From Octopus vulgaris (lineage: Eukaryota): a DNA stretch of 64,000 bases. The notes under the pieces are model-generated. The model did no database searches. It saw nothing but the letters and a program-made list of their open reading frames with translations, and had not been told where the DNA came from. Position 1 is the first letter of the stretch, and every line of letters begins with the position of its first letter. The DNA is taken from NCBI GenBank assembly GCA_951406725.2, contig OX597817.1:102176001-102240000 (forward strand), written 5' to 3'. Below, piece by piece: positions 37,203 through 49,603 of the stretch. Made by a program: the position numbers and the translations under genes.

Positions 37203-38925
37203 TGATTGATTGATTGATTGATTCTAGTTTCAGCTCACGAGCTGTGGCCATGCTGGGGCACCGCCATTTGGTGTTACTACATGGTTTTACTTCACGAATG
37301 CTTTTTAGCAACTGCCATTTGGTGCATGAGAGAGTTCGATGCAGCTGCCCTCATCTGCACCTCCTGCCGTGAAGTTGGTTCATCTGGGATACCTGACAAG
37401 AAGAGATCCAGTTTCATTTTAAAGACATCTGCATCCACCCCATGCAGGTCTCTTAGGTTCTTCGGGAGGATATTGAAGAGCTGTGGGCCTCGGAAGCCCA
37501 GGCTATCACAGTATATTGTCCTACATCTTGATGGCAAATTTGGAGTCCTAGGCACCACGCAGTGGCGCCCAGTTCTGGCATTTGTGTAACTCTCGATGCC
37601 AAAGTTTGGGACAAGTCCTTCAGGATCTTCCAGATGTATATTATGGCATATCTTTCTCGCCTACACTCCAAGGAATAGAGTTTTAATCTCTTGAGTCTTT
37701 CCCAGTAGCTTATATTCTGCACAGAGGCTATCTTCTTCGTGTAGCTACGTTGGATCGCCTCAAGTTCTGTGATCAACTTGACACTTGATGGTGACCATAG
37801 CTGAGAGCAATAGTCAAAGTGGCTTAGGACGAGTGTCCTCCAGAGGACCATCATGGTTTCTTGTTCTCTTGTTCTAAAGGTTCTGAGAATCCATCCGGCC
37901 AGTCGTCTACATTTCATTGCCAATTTAGCAACATGTACACGAAAGGTTGCGTCATCACTCATGTAAATACCCAGGTCACGCACTGATTGTGCCTCTGGGA
38001 TTGCAATTCCTCCGGGTCCTATGTATTCATTGGGTATTGCATTTAGTTTTGCATGCTGATAGCATAAAGCTTGAAACTTTCAGCATTGAACTGCATGCTA
38101 TTCTTTTCAGCCCACTTGTATATTTTGTCCAGCTCACATTGCAGGCGTTTAGTGTCCTCAGGGTTCTGTATTGCCTGTGAAACTTTTGTATCATCTGCAT
38201 AACTTGTGATCGTGGCTCTCTGCGTGGCTGAGGGCATGTCTGAGAGGGCCATTATGAACAGTAGTGGTCTCAAAACAGTGCCCTGCGGAACACCGCTCAC
38301 TATTTGCGTGTTAATGGAAGTGGCCCCATTGGCTACTACCACCTGACTCCTATCTTTCAGAAAGTCATGAAGCCATTCTCCCAGTTTTCCAACTATGCTA
38401 AAATCACGCAGTTTGTGACATATCATTCCATGATCGACTTTATCAAAGGCCTTTGCAAAGTCGAGATATATCACTTCCACATTTGAGTGGTTGAGCAGTC
38501 GTTTCAGCACCCAGTCATAGTGTTGTAGGTGCTGAGTTAAGCAGCTTCTTCCTGGTCGGAAACCATGTTGGGTGTCAGGCAGCAAGTCATTTTCTTCAAG
38601 GAAGGTGATCAGTTTCCTTCTGACTATTCGTTCCATGACATTGCTGATGTGTGAGGTCAGAGAGATAGGTCTATAGTTCTTGGCCTCCGCTCTGCTACCT
38701 CCTTTATAAATAGGGCATATTTTACCTTCCTTCAGTTTTCTTGGAAGTTTGCCAGCTGCAAGGAAGCTTTGAAAGAGGAACTGCAGTGGTCTTGCTAGGA
38801 CTCTCTTACATACTTTTAGGAGGATTGCCGGGAATCCATCGGGGCCAGTAGCTGAGTCTGTTTTCATTTCATCTATAGCCTTTATTACATCGTCTTCCTT
38901 TATATCGATGTAATCTATCGTCGCC
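37203..38925 (-). mobile_element. 5'-truncated CR1-clade LINE (RT pseudogene)
   Basis: [65 protein letters not shown]; (ATCA)n tail at 37203-37222. Confidence 0.93.
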
Positions 38926-38970
38926 GATATATATGATATATATATGTAGAATACATATAATATATATAAT

Positions 38971-39046
<76 letters not shown>

Positions 39047-39101
39047 TATATATATACATACATATATATATACATATATATATGTATATAATATATATAG
39101 A

Positions 39102-39159
<58 letters not shown>

Positions 39160-39172
39160 GTATATCATATAT

Positions 39173-40980
39173 ATCATCATCATCGTTTAACGTTCGTTTT
39201 CCATGCTAGCATGGGTTGGACGGTTCGGCCAGGGTCTGGGAAGCCAGGAGGCTGCACCAGGCTCCAGTCTGATCTAGCAGTGTTTCTACAGCAGGATGCC
39301 CTTCCTAACGCCAACCACTCCGTGAGTGTAGTGGGTGCTTTTTACGTGCCACTGGCACAGGGGCCAGAGGAGGCTGGCAAACTGCCACGATCGGTTGGTA
39401 CTTTTACGTGTCACCGACACGGACGCCAGTCAGGCGGCGCTGGCACCTGTCACGTTCGGATGGTGCTTTTTACGTGTCACCCGCACGGGTATCTTTACAA
39501 TTTCCATTTGATTTTCATTTTGATGTTGGTGTTGACGTACTTGACTCAATAGGTCTCCACAGCGTGTCACTCTACGATCCAAGGTTAGTACAGCAGGCCG
39601 TCCTGCGAGCCTTGAACTCACTTCATTTGTCGGGTCTTCATAGTCACAGCATATCTCAGAGGTCTCGGTCTTCGTCATTTCCTCTGTGAGGCCCTACGTG
39701 CCACCAGCACGGGTATCACAACTACAATATCCATACGAATTTTATTTTGATGTTGATGGACTTGACACAATAGGTCTCCTCAAGCACAGCAGGCCGTCCT
39801 GCAAGCCATGAACTCACTTCATTGTCAGGTCTTCGAAGTCACAACATATCTCCAGAGGTCTGTCTTTCGTCATAGCCTCTGTGAGGCTGAAGGTACGAAG
39901 GTCATGCTTGACCACCTCGTCCTATGTCTTACTGGGTCTACCTCTACCCCGGATTCCTTCAACAGTTTGGGAGTGGCACTTCTTAAAAAACATCTCTCCT
40001 CATCCATCCGTAGTACATGTCCATACCAACGCAAACGTCTCTCCTGCACGCTGCATCCGAATGCTTCTTATGCCCAACATTTCTCTCAGGGCGCTAACAC
40101 TGTCGTGCATGGACACTGACATTACACATCCAGCAGATCATGCTAGCTTCATTTCTTTCGAGCCTACGCATGTCCTCCGCAGTCGCGGCCCATGTTTCAC
40201 TGCCGTGAAGCATGGCAGTTCGCACACATGCGTCGTACAATCTACCTTTCACTCTGAGCGAGAGACCCTTTGTCGCCAGTAGGGGAAGAAGCTTCCTAAA
40301 CCTTGCCCAGGCTATTCTTATTCTAATGGTAACACTCTCTGAGCATCCATCCCCACTACTAACTTGCTCACCTAGGTAGCAGAAACTATCAACTACTTCT
40401 AGTTTCTTCCCCAGGAGTGTAATGGAATCTTTTGTTTGAGTATCAATAGTGTCTATTGCCCCTGTGCATCTGCCGCACACGAAAGCTATCTTCTCGGTTA
40501 ATTTTTCTTTGATGTTGCTGCACCTCTTATGTGTCCATAGCTTACACTGGGTACATCTTATGGAGTTTCTACCTACACCTTTTCTAAAGATCGAGCAGGG
40601 CCACCTACCTAAAGGGGTGTGTGGTGAGTTTGCCTTCCTAGTTACTAGAACTTTGGTCTTTGCTACATTGACACTAAGGCCTTTTGATTCTAAACCTAGC
40701 TTCCACATACGAAATTTCTTCTCTAGTTCCGGTAGTGATTCTACTACGAGGGCTAGGTCATCAGCATAGAGGAGCTCCCAGGGCAACCCGTCTTGAATTC
40801 CTCTGTTATTACCTGGAGGACTATGATGAATAGAAGGGGACTGAGGGCTGAGCCTTGGTGGACGCCAGCTTCTACCCGGAATTCTTCACTATACTCATTG
40901 TCAATACTTACCTTACTAACAGCCTCTCTGTAAAGGGCCTGTACAGCCCTTATTAACCAGTCGTCAATCTCCAGTTTCCG
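39173..40980 (-). mobile_element. 5'-truncated RTE-clade LINE with a PHD-like Cys insert
   Basis: GVHQGSALSPLLF, ELLYADDLAL, CTQCKLWTHKRC...CGRC, FCYLG, HGSETW; 3' UTR ending (TGA)n. Confidence 0.92.
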
Positions 40981-41024
40981 CTACCTTTGTAGCAGATGAC
41001 TATAATATATATATATAATATATA

Positions 41025-41105
<81 letters not shown>

Positions 41106-41134
41106 ATATATACTATATATATATCTTATATATA

Positions 41135-41180
<46 letters not shown>

Positions 41181-41187
41181 CATATAT

Positions 41188-42561
41188 ATGCATAACTCTT
41201 TCTCCTTTCCTCCCGGCTCCTCCAAAATACTTTTTACAATCGACATCCAGAACCTCTATACCGTCATCCCTCACCACGAAGGACTGCGGGCACTTCAACA
41301 CTTTCTCGACCTCCGCCCCAACCCCGAACCCGACACCTCCACACTCATTCGTCTGGCCGTCGCGAGCGAGTTCTACCAACAGTTCTCGGGAGTGGCCATG
41401 GGAACGCGAATGGGCCCCAACTATGCGAACCTGTTCGTTGGCTATGGTGAGGCCCAAATATTCTCTTGTTTCACTGGTCCCACTCCCGAACTATACGGTC
41501 GTTACATTGACGACATTATCGGTGCCACCTCACTCTCCCGTGAACATCTAGATTCCTTCCTCTCTTTCGTTCAATCCTTCCATCCTACCCTCCACTTCAC
41601 CTCCACTATCTCCAACACTTCTGTCTCCTTCCTCGACATTTCGGTCAGCATTCATCACTCCACTCTTACCACCTCCATTTACTACAAACACACAGACTCA
41701 CACTCATACCTCAACTTCTCTTCCTCCCACCCCAAACACACCAAGCTTTCCATCCCCTATTCCCAATTCCTCCGTCTACGTAGGCTCTGTAGTGACGACC
41801 ATGACTTTGAGACTCAGTCTCAACTCATGGCTCGCCACTTCATCCTACGTGGATACCCCCTCACCACTATCCACACCACCCTTGCCAGAGCACGTTCCGT
41901 AGACCGTGCATCTGCTCTCTCCCCCCGAACCCGCCCTGCAGTCTCCCGCCTCCCTTTTCCCCTCACTTACCACCCCACCACCCTACCTCTCCAACGCACC
42001 ATTCTTCGAGCTTTCCGGCATCTCCAGTCCGACCCGTCCAAATCACACCTCTTCCCTAACCGACCCCTCCCCTCCTTCAAACGAGCCCATAACCTACGAG
42101 ACCTCTTGGTCCACAGCTTCTTCCCTGACCCTGCCTCTCAACCTGGCTCATTCCCCTGCTCCCGCTCACGTTGCCGCACTTGCCCTTACCTCTCCAACAC
42201 CACCCTCCTCACTGGCACCCATCATCGACCCTATCGCATCATCAACTCCTTCACCTGCACCTCCAGCAATATCATCTATTGCATCTCCTGCTCTCTCTGC
42301 CATTCCCTGTACATCGGACAAACGGGACGCCGCTTGGCTGACCGGTTCGCGGAACACCTCCGTGACATCCGCCTTGCCAATGACACACCGGTCTCACGCC
42401 AATACCGCTCCACCTGTCACACCTTGCAACGCCTGTCTGTGTTCGGATTGTCCTTGCACAGAGGTCATCCGGATTCCCGCTTGTGCCGTGAACAGGGATT
42501 AATCTTCTCTCTTCGCTCTTTTACGCCATTTGGTCTCAACTCTCCCCCACTTTTCATCTAA
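41188..42561 (+). CDS. PLE reverse transcriptase + GIY-YIG endonuclease (N-terminally truncated, probably non-functional)
   Basis: DIQNLYT, GVAMG, YGRYIDD, FLDI, YYKHTD, linker CSRSRCRTC, IIYCISCSLC-SLYIGQT-R-RFAEH. Confidence 0.85.
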   Translation: MHNSFSFPPGSSKILFTIDIQNLYTVIPHHEGLRALQHFLDLRPNPEPDTSTLIRLAVASEFYQQFSGVAMGTRMGPNYANLFVGYGEAQIFSCFTGPTPELYGRYIDDIIGATSLSREHLDSFLSFVQSFHPTLHFTSTISNTSVSFLDISVSIHHSTLTTSIYYKHTDSHSYLNFSSSHPKHTKLSIPYSQFLRLRRLCSDDHDFETQSQLMARHFILRGYPLTTIHTTLARARSVDRASALSPRTRPAVSRLPFPLTYHPTTLPLQRTILRAFRHLQSDPSKSHLFPNRPLPSFKRAHNLRDLLVHSFFPDPASQPGSFPCSRSRCRTCPYLSNTTLLTGTHHRPYRIINSFTCTSSNIIYCISCSLCHSLYIGQTGRRLADRFAEHLRDIRLANDTPVSRQYRSTCHTLQRLSVFGLSLHRGHPDSRLCREQGLIFSLRSFTPFGLNSPPLFI

Positions 42562-42983
42562 CCTCCCCCCCGACTCCTACTTCTCTTCAGTCCTTCATCT
42601 TTTCACCCCTACTCTCTTTCCCTCCTCTTCCCTCTTCCCCTTCTCTCTTTCTCTCTGCTCCCTCACTCCCCTTCTCTTCTCCTCCCCATCTCCTTCCCCT
42701 CCTCCTCCTCTCCCCTCCTTTCCCATCCCCCTCTTCCTATACCCTCCTCTTCCTATACCCTCCTCTTCTCTCCTTCCTTCTCCTCTCCCTCCCCTCCTCC
42801 CCTCTCCCCATGATATCCTCTCTCCCCTCCCCTTATCTCCTCGACGTTACACTATACTACACTACACCATACGACATTCTGATCTCTGACTTCTGGCTGA
42901 AATCAGAACGTCATGTTGAATCGTTAGCTCCTGCACACATTTTTTCTCTCTCCTTGTTTCTCTCCTTGTTTCTTTTCTGTGTA

Positions 42984-43021
42984 TCTTTCTGTCGAAGAGC
43001 GTAGGCTCAAAACGTAAAAGA
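42984..43021 (+). ncRNA. Degenerate minimal hammerhead in pLTR
   Basis: TCTTT-CTGTCGA-A-GAGC gtag GCTC-AAAA-CG-TA-AAAGA; two core substitutions (A6, G12). Confidence 0.55.
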
Positions 43022-43116
43022 CTTGATTTATTTCTATTCCTGAGCGCCATACTAATACAATTGTTTGTTTGTACTCCACCTGCCTTCGTCTTTTGTTTAT
43101 TTTCGTAAACCTTCCC

Positions 43117-43166
<50 letters not shown>

Positions 43167-43254
43167 AGGAAAAATTTTTTTAAAAATGCAGAATGCTCAA
43201 ATGAAAGAAAATTTTAATAAAATGAGAAAATGATAAAATATATAAATATATATT

Positions 43255-43295
43255 TATTCAACCGGTTTTCGTCATTGTATGACTTGTCAAGAATA
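43255..43295 (-). ncRNA. U3-A8 hammerhead variant in pLTR (lacks H17)
   Basis: Reverse complement TATTC-TTGACAA-GTCA tacaa TGAC-GAAA-ACCGGT-T-GAATA. Confidence 0.6.
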
Positions 43296-44290
43296 TTTAT
43301 GTTTTAAGAAGTTTTTTTAAAAATTAGAAAGGGGAAAAAAAGAAAATTGCATTGTTTTTTGTAAAAGAATAATGATAAAAATGTACAAAAATTAAAAAAT
43401 AAATTCTCCGATACATTGTGAGTTCGTTGTGTATCTTGAGTTTTATGGTTGTTTACGAAAAAATTACCTTGAGGTGTTAAGATCCAAAGGGATTAAGAGC
43501 ATGTGTTGTGTTGTGTTGTTAAATTCAGCATGTTTGCAGGACAGGAAGTAGTAGTAATTGTGGTCCTGGTTCTTCAGTTCCTGTGTTGTGAGTAAGGGGA
43601 GACAACTCTTTTGAGTTCTTCAATAAAACCCAAATTATAAAACTATCATTTTAGCTTCATTTGCATTATCTTTTTTATATAATTGCTTGTTAACTTAACT
43701 TTCAGATTTTAACACTTTATTGATATTATTTTCTAATAATATAAATCTGCATAGACAATTGCATTTCAAATTGTCATATCATTTATAATAAAAATGATAG
43801 TAATAACAACAATAGTAAAAATGATATTTAAAGAATATAAGTTTTAGCTTGAAGTGATGAATGCATGGTATCTTTATATATTTGTGTTAGTCCATCCATG
43901 AAGAGTGAGGTATAGAAAGGAAGTTTGATCAACGAGGAGTTTGCATATTAAGTTGTTTGGAATTTTTCAATAAAGAGATTCTCCTTGTTAATTCTCTCCT
44001 GTGTGGTGATCCCGTCTTTACATTGGTAGAAGGGGAATATATAGAATTTGGGGTTTAAGTCTTTAGCACATGAGTCTAAGTGGTCACTCAGTGGAATTTG
44101 TCGGTATTCCGGGAGATTTATTTGTTCTTTATGCACCGTTACTCGTTTACGTAACGGGAGACTCGTTTGTCCAACATAATTATGTTGGCAACCAGCGCAT
44201 GTGAGAACGTAGATAAGGTTCTCGGAGGAACAGGAGAAGTTAGTCTTGATTTTAAACTTCGTACCTTGTTTGAAGGTAAATTCAGAGCCT

Positions 44291-45727
44291 TCAAGTAGAA
44301 AGGGGCAGGTACCACAGTTTGAGCGTGCACATTTTTTTTACTGTTGGGGGTGGATGTGGTGTGTGAAGTTTGGCATTTGTCAAGAGTTTTTTTAAAGATT
44401 TGTGTTGCCTTTTGCATTTGAGGATTTTGTGTGTATTTATAATGTTTTTCATTTTTGGGTCTGTTGACAGTAGACTGAGGTTTTGTATGATTGTGGTGTA
44501 TGCTTCGATATTTTTGGGGTTGTGGGTGGAAATGTATGGAAGTATTTTGAGGTTGTGTGTGGTGTTAGGTTGGGTGGTTTTCAGTGTAGTGTTGTCTAGT
44601 TCTTTGGCGCGTTTTATTCCATACTCTATAAGGGTGGAGGGATATTGACGTTGTAATAGTGTTTTTTTGAGGTCTTGAATGCGTATTTCTCGTGTTTTTG
44701 GATCCGAGACAATGGTGCATACCCTTTTAGCTAAATTGAAAGGGATATTTGTCTTGGTGTGTTTTGGGTGGCATGAACTAAAGAGGAGGTATTGTTGTGA
44801 GTCTGTAGGTTTGTGGTAGATGTCTGTTATGATTTGGTTCTTAGGTGTTTTTATAATTAGGAGATCAAGGAATGGGAGATGATGTTTGCTTAATTCCATA
44901 GTGAATTGGATGTTGGGATGTATGTTGTTTAGTATGGTTTTGAATTCCAGGAGTTTTTCATAAGGTTCTTTCCATATGATGAAACAATCATCTAAATACC
45001 TTTTCCAGTTTTCCATTAGGTAGGTGTGGAAAACATGTCCAAATTTCTGGCTTGATATTTCATAGAGTGACAGTTCGAAGTAACCCATTATGAGGTTCGC
45101 AAGGACTGGTGCAGCCTTGGTACCCATCGCAATGCCACATTTTTGACGGTAGTGTGTGTCGTCGAAGAGAAAAAAATTGTTTGTCAGAATGAACTTAAGA
45201 GATTCTGTAATAAAAGACTTGTTAATGCGGTCAGGGAATGTCTCTGGGTGTTTTTCTAGCCAGAAGTCAATTGCCTCTATACCATACTCATGTGGAATGT
45301 TGGTGTAGAGGTTGATGACATCAAAGGATACCAGGAGTGCCTCCTCGTTAACTGTTTTCGGGAGGTGTTTGAGCATGTCCAGATCATCCCTAATGAAACT
45401 TTTGATGTGGGTAAGGAAAGGTTTCAAAAGGATGTCTAGGAAGTTACTCAGGCGGTGTGTTTCACAGGAGGTACCAGCCACGATGGGCCTTAGTTTTAGG
45501 TCCTCCGGTGCTTTGATGTTGATGTGGATGTCAGTGGAGAGTTTGCAGGCTTCGGTGATGTATTTGTTTTTATGGATTTTAGGAAGGCCATAAAAAAAGG
45601 CTGGGCTTGCATTTGAAAATGGTGATATAATCCCTTTCCTTTTCTGTGAGTCCCTGACCGTGTTGGCGTATGAGTGTGGTGAGGTTTCTGATTGTTTTTT
45701 GCTGTTTGTAGTTGTTAATAACCCCAT
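44291..45727 (-). pseudogene. PLE reverse transcriptase core (longest open segment)
   Basis: LRPIVAG, SFDVINLYTNIP, WKRYLDDCF, LPFLD, YHKPTD; frameshifts at both ends. Confidence 0.9.
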
Positions 45728-47306
45728 AGAAAATGTTATTGTTAAGCATGGAGAACACTAGGTGTTTATAAAATTCCGTGTCCATAAGGACCACAGCACT
45801 CCCTTTGTTCGCTTCTTTGATGGTGAGGTTTTTATCCAGTTGTATGTCACGTAGGTTTTCCCATTCTTCCTTACTGAAATTGGATTTTACCTTGGTTTTG
45901 CTTGGGGTAAAGGGGAGACTCTGGATGTGTTTACAGAAATCGTCCAGTGTTTTATTTCTCCCTTTTGGTGGTAGGAAGTTGCTTTTATTTCTGATCAATG
46001 AATCGTCCCCATTGTTGATATCTGTCAAAGCTTCTGTTAGGCGAAGTTTTCTGCAGAATTCAGAAACGTCATCCTTGACCTCCGGGGGTTGGGTGTTCTT
46101 GGGGTGGGTGTGAATTTCAAACCTCTTGCTAGGATGTTGATTTGGGTTGGTGTCAGTGTTTTGCTGGAGAGGTTTATAATTTTTGTTTTCTTATTTTGGG
46201 TCTGTGTTAGCGGTGGTGTTTGTATTTTTCCCCTCTGTCTAAAAAATGGTTGTTGAGGTAAGGGGTGTATTTTTGTTAAAGTTCTGGTTGTATGTGTAGG
46301 AGTGTTTTTGGGTGGGGAGGTTGGAGGGGGTAGGTAGTTGTCGTATTTGTGTTGGTATGGGATGCGATGGTGTAAGGATTTGTGAGAAATGCGATGGGTT
46401 TGTGGGTGTGTGTCTGGTAGATTGTATGGGGGGATGTAGGGGGGTATGTAGTTGTGGTGATTGGGTTCGTGTGGGATGTGAGGGTTTGGAGATCTGTAGG
46501 AGATGTGGTAGGCATGTGGTTGTTGGATGGGTGGACTATAGGGGGTTCGTTGGGTGGGTCTTATATGTATCGGTGTGGGTAGGATGCCTTGTTTGTTATT
46601 AGTGTGAGGGAGGGAGGAGAATCTCTTTATTGAAAAATTCCAAACACAACTTAATATGCAAACTCCTCGTTGATCAAACTTCCTTTCTATACCTCACTCT
46701 TCATGGATGGACTAACACAAATATATAAAGATACCATGCATTCATCACTTCAAGCTAAAACTTATATTCTTTAAATATCATTTTTACTATTGTTGTTATT
46801 ACTATCATTTTTATTATAAATGATATGACAATTTGAAATGCAATTGTCTATGCAGATTTATATTATTAGAAAATAATATCAATAAAGTGTTAAAATCTGA
46901 AAGTTAAGTTAACAAGCAATTATATAAAAAAGATAATGCAAATGAAGCTAAAATGATAGTTTTATAATTTGGGTTTTATTGAAGAACTCAAAAGAGTTGT
47001 CTCCCCTTACTCACAACACAGGAACTGAAGAACCAGGACCACAATTACTACTACTTCCTGTCCTGCAAACATGCTGAATTTAACAACACAACACAACACA
47101 TGCTCTTAATCCCTTTGGATCTTAACACCTCAAGGTAATTTTTTCGTAAACAACCATAAAACTCAAGATACACAACGAACTCACAATGTATCGGAGAATT
47201 TATTTTTTAATTTTTGTACATTTTTATCATTATTCTTTTACAAAAAACAATGCAATTTTCTTTTTTTCCCCTTTCTAATTTTTAAAAAAACTTCTTAAAA
47301 CATAAA

Positions 47307-47347
47307 TATTCTTGACAAGTCATACAATGACGAAAACCGGTTGAATA
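47307..47347 (+). ncRNA. U3-A8 hammerhead variant in inverted pLTR (lacks H17)
   Basis: Identical to the 43255-43295 motif. Confidence 0.6.
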
Positions 47348-47486
47348 AATATATATTTATATATTTTATCATTTTCTCATTTTATTAAAATTTTATTCCA
47401 TTTGAGCATTCTGCATTTTTAAAAAAAAATTTTTCCTTACTTATCATTTCTCCACGTGCGGTCAACACAACCCCACCATTTATTGA

Positions 47487-47518
<32 letters not shown>

Positions 47519-47521
<3 letters not shown>

Positions 47522-48760
47522 GGTGTCCCAAAAAATGTATGCACACTTTAAACAATTGTAAAGTAGTTGTTTATTAAAAGACACTTCATTTTCAAAATTT
47601 AATAGAATCTACAGACATTATTTTATTGTTTTGTCAATGCCTGTTTTCAAACTGATGTCCGGTCTGGTCCGGGCACTGCTGACAACGCAAAGAATTGAAT
47701 CACAAATATCACAAAAGAATTTGTTTGGTATTTGTGTGCACTCTCGTCCAATGGCTGCTCTCAAATCAGCGACTTGTAGGTTTCATAGCGTAGAATTTGT
47801 CTTTAAGGTATCCCCATAAAAAGTCTAGTGGTGTGAGGTCTGGTGAATTCAACCATGCCTCTTCATCCAATCCACCTGTTTAGCAAGATCTCATCAAGGA
47901 AGGATCTAACATAGCAATGGTAGTGTGGGGGTGCCCCATCTTGCTGAAAATAAAACTCCTCATCTTCAAAGTCTTCTCTAATGCTTGGCATAACAGACTG
48001 TTGCAACAAGTTCAAGTAAACGGGACCAGTCACAGTAGCATAACAAAAGAATGGTCCAATTAATCCTCTTGATGATAAACCACACCACACAAATATCAAA
48101 TTAACATGGTGTTTCACCATAACATGCAGATTCTCAGGACCCCAGTAGGTGAAATTGTGGCAGTTAATTGAACCATTTAATTTGAATGTGGCTTCATCAC
48201 TCCACACAATCTTTGTTGGAAAGTGTGCAGCTTCTACACATCGTTCCAAGTACCACTCGCAATGCTGCACTCTTTCGTCTGGATCATCATCATTAATAGC
48301 ATGGACTAATCTTGGAATGTAACTTTTCCATTTACAATGCTTCAAAATGCATTGGACAGATGATTTTGGAATACCTACCTCATGACTCGCTTTGCCGCAC
48401 AGATTTTCTTGGACTTTGGTGATTCATTTCCAGTACTCCTTGCTTTGTTGGGGTTGTTGATGTTTGGGGTCTTCTGGAATGCTTATCGTGGACATTCTGA
48501 ACAGTTCCATCAGCTTCAAACTTATCTCTAATTCAAGTGATAGGGAGTTGCATTGGTGGATCTGTTTGAAACTCCCTCCCCAACTGTTTTTGCACTTCAA
48601 CTGCATTTTCACACTTCCAGTATCATTTTAGAATGAATTTTCTTTGTTCAAAGCTTAATCTGACTGCCATCATTAAATCCTATAGGTTTCATCTGGAAAG
48701 AAAAAATATCAATTGAGTTATCAGCTGCTAAAGTGTGTATACATTTTTTGGGACACCCTG
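47519..48760 (-). mobile_element. Tc1/mariner transposon, DD41D (rosa)-like, decayed transposase
   Basis: ~30-bp TIRs CAGGGTGTCCCAAAAAATGTAT; [33 protein letters not shown]. Confidence 0.92.
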
Positions 48761-48777
48761 TGTATGTATAACATATA

Positions 48778-48937
48778 GGCGTAGCAGTGGCCGTGTGGTA
48801 AATAGCTTGCTTACGATCCACATGGTTGCAGGTTCAGTCCACCTTGGGCAAGTGTCTTCTACTATAGCCTCAGGCCGACCAAAGCCTTGTGAGTGGATTT
48901 GGTAGACGGAAACTGAAAGAAACCTGTCGTATATATG

Positions 48938-48982
<45 letters not shown>

Positions 48983-49162
48983 ATGTATGTATGTATGTAT
49001 GTATGTATGTATGTATGTATGTATGTATGTATGTATGTATGTATGTGTGTGTGTATGTGTTTGTGTGTCTGTGTTTGTTCTCCCAACACTGCATGACAAC
49101 CGATGCTGGTGTGTTTACGTTCCCGTAACTTAGCGGTTCGGCAAAAGAGACCGATAGAATAA
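48778..49162 (+). mobile_element. tRNA-head SINE with internal (TA)/(TATG)n
   Basis: GGCGTAGCAGTGGCCGTGTGG...GGTTCAGTCC...GGATTTGGTAGACGG. Confidence 0.85.
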
Positions 49163-49392
49163 ATATATCTACTTCAATGTCTTTAAGCTTTATTCTAATT
49201 CATCGATTGCTCTATATCTCTTCACTATTTGTTTTCTGCTAGTTTCGTTCTTTCCCTTCTTCCCTGTCTATAAACTACCTTTGACGTTATATCTACTAAC
49301 GGCTTCTTTAAGAAAAAACTGAGTGTTCACTTCATCATATTCGTTGTCATCACATTCTGTTAAAATGTCTTATTGATGTATTTAGTTTCTTT

Positions 49393-49481
49393 CTTCCCCT
49401 GATGTGAAGATTGCCTTGATTTACACCATTTTATTCCTTCTGGAAAAATACAAACGTTGTCATCGAAACATATGTCCGAAG
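49393..49481 (+). ncRNA. Degenerate hammerhead-like motif with long helix II
   Basis: CTTCCC-CTGATGT-GAAGA...TCATC-GAAA-CATATG-TC-CGAAG; perfectly palindromic helix III, GTC triplet; upstream of (TA)n. Confidence 0.45.
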
Positions 49482-49530
49482 TAAGAGAACTTGAATAACA
49501 CCTGCATTTAACTCAATTTATTTATTTATC

Positions 49531-49603
<73 letters not shown>

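Larger units (their letters stand above)
41185..43118 (+). mobile_element. Penelope-like (Neptune-type) element, 5'-truncated, flanked by (TA)n
   Basis: RT-GIY-YIG ORF followed by a pyrimidine tract and pLTR with a hammerhead-like motif. Confidence 0.93.
43163..47488 (-). mobile_element. Penelope-like (Neptune-type) element with an inverted ~825-bp pLTR copy at its truncated 5' end
   Basis: Frameshifted ORF ~46600-43948 (KEANKG, FYGLPKIHK, FDVINLYT, GIAMG, RYLDD, GIY-YIG); 43163-43985 is the near-identical reverse complement of 46615-47441; (TA)n on both sides. Confidence 0.95.

Noticed and set aside
42530-42889. Pro/Ser/Leu-rich ORF
   Set aside because: Polypyrimidine tract in the PLE 3' region
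43948-46602. Naiad-type (N-terminal GIY-YIG, selenoprotein) PLE
   Set aside because: Endonuclease is C-terminal with a Neptune-like Cys linker; the breaks are frameshifts, not in-frame TGA codons
48778-48850. tRNA-like A/B boxes
   Set aside because: SINE heads; no complete cloverleaf
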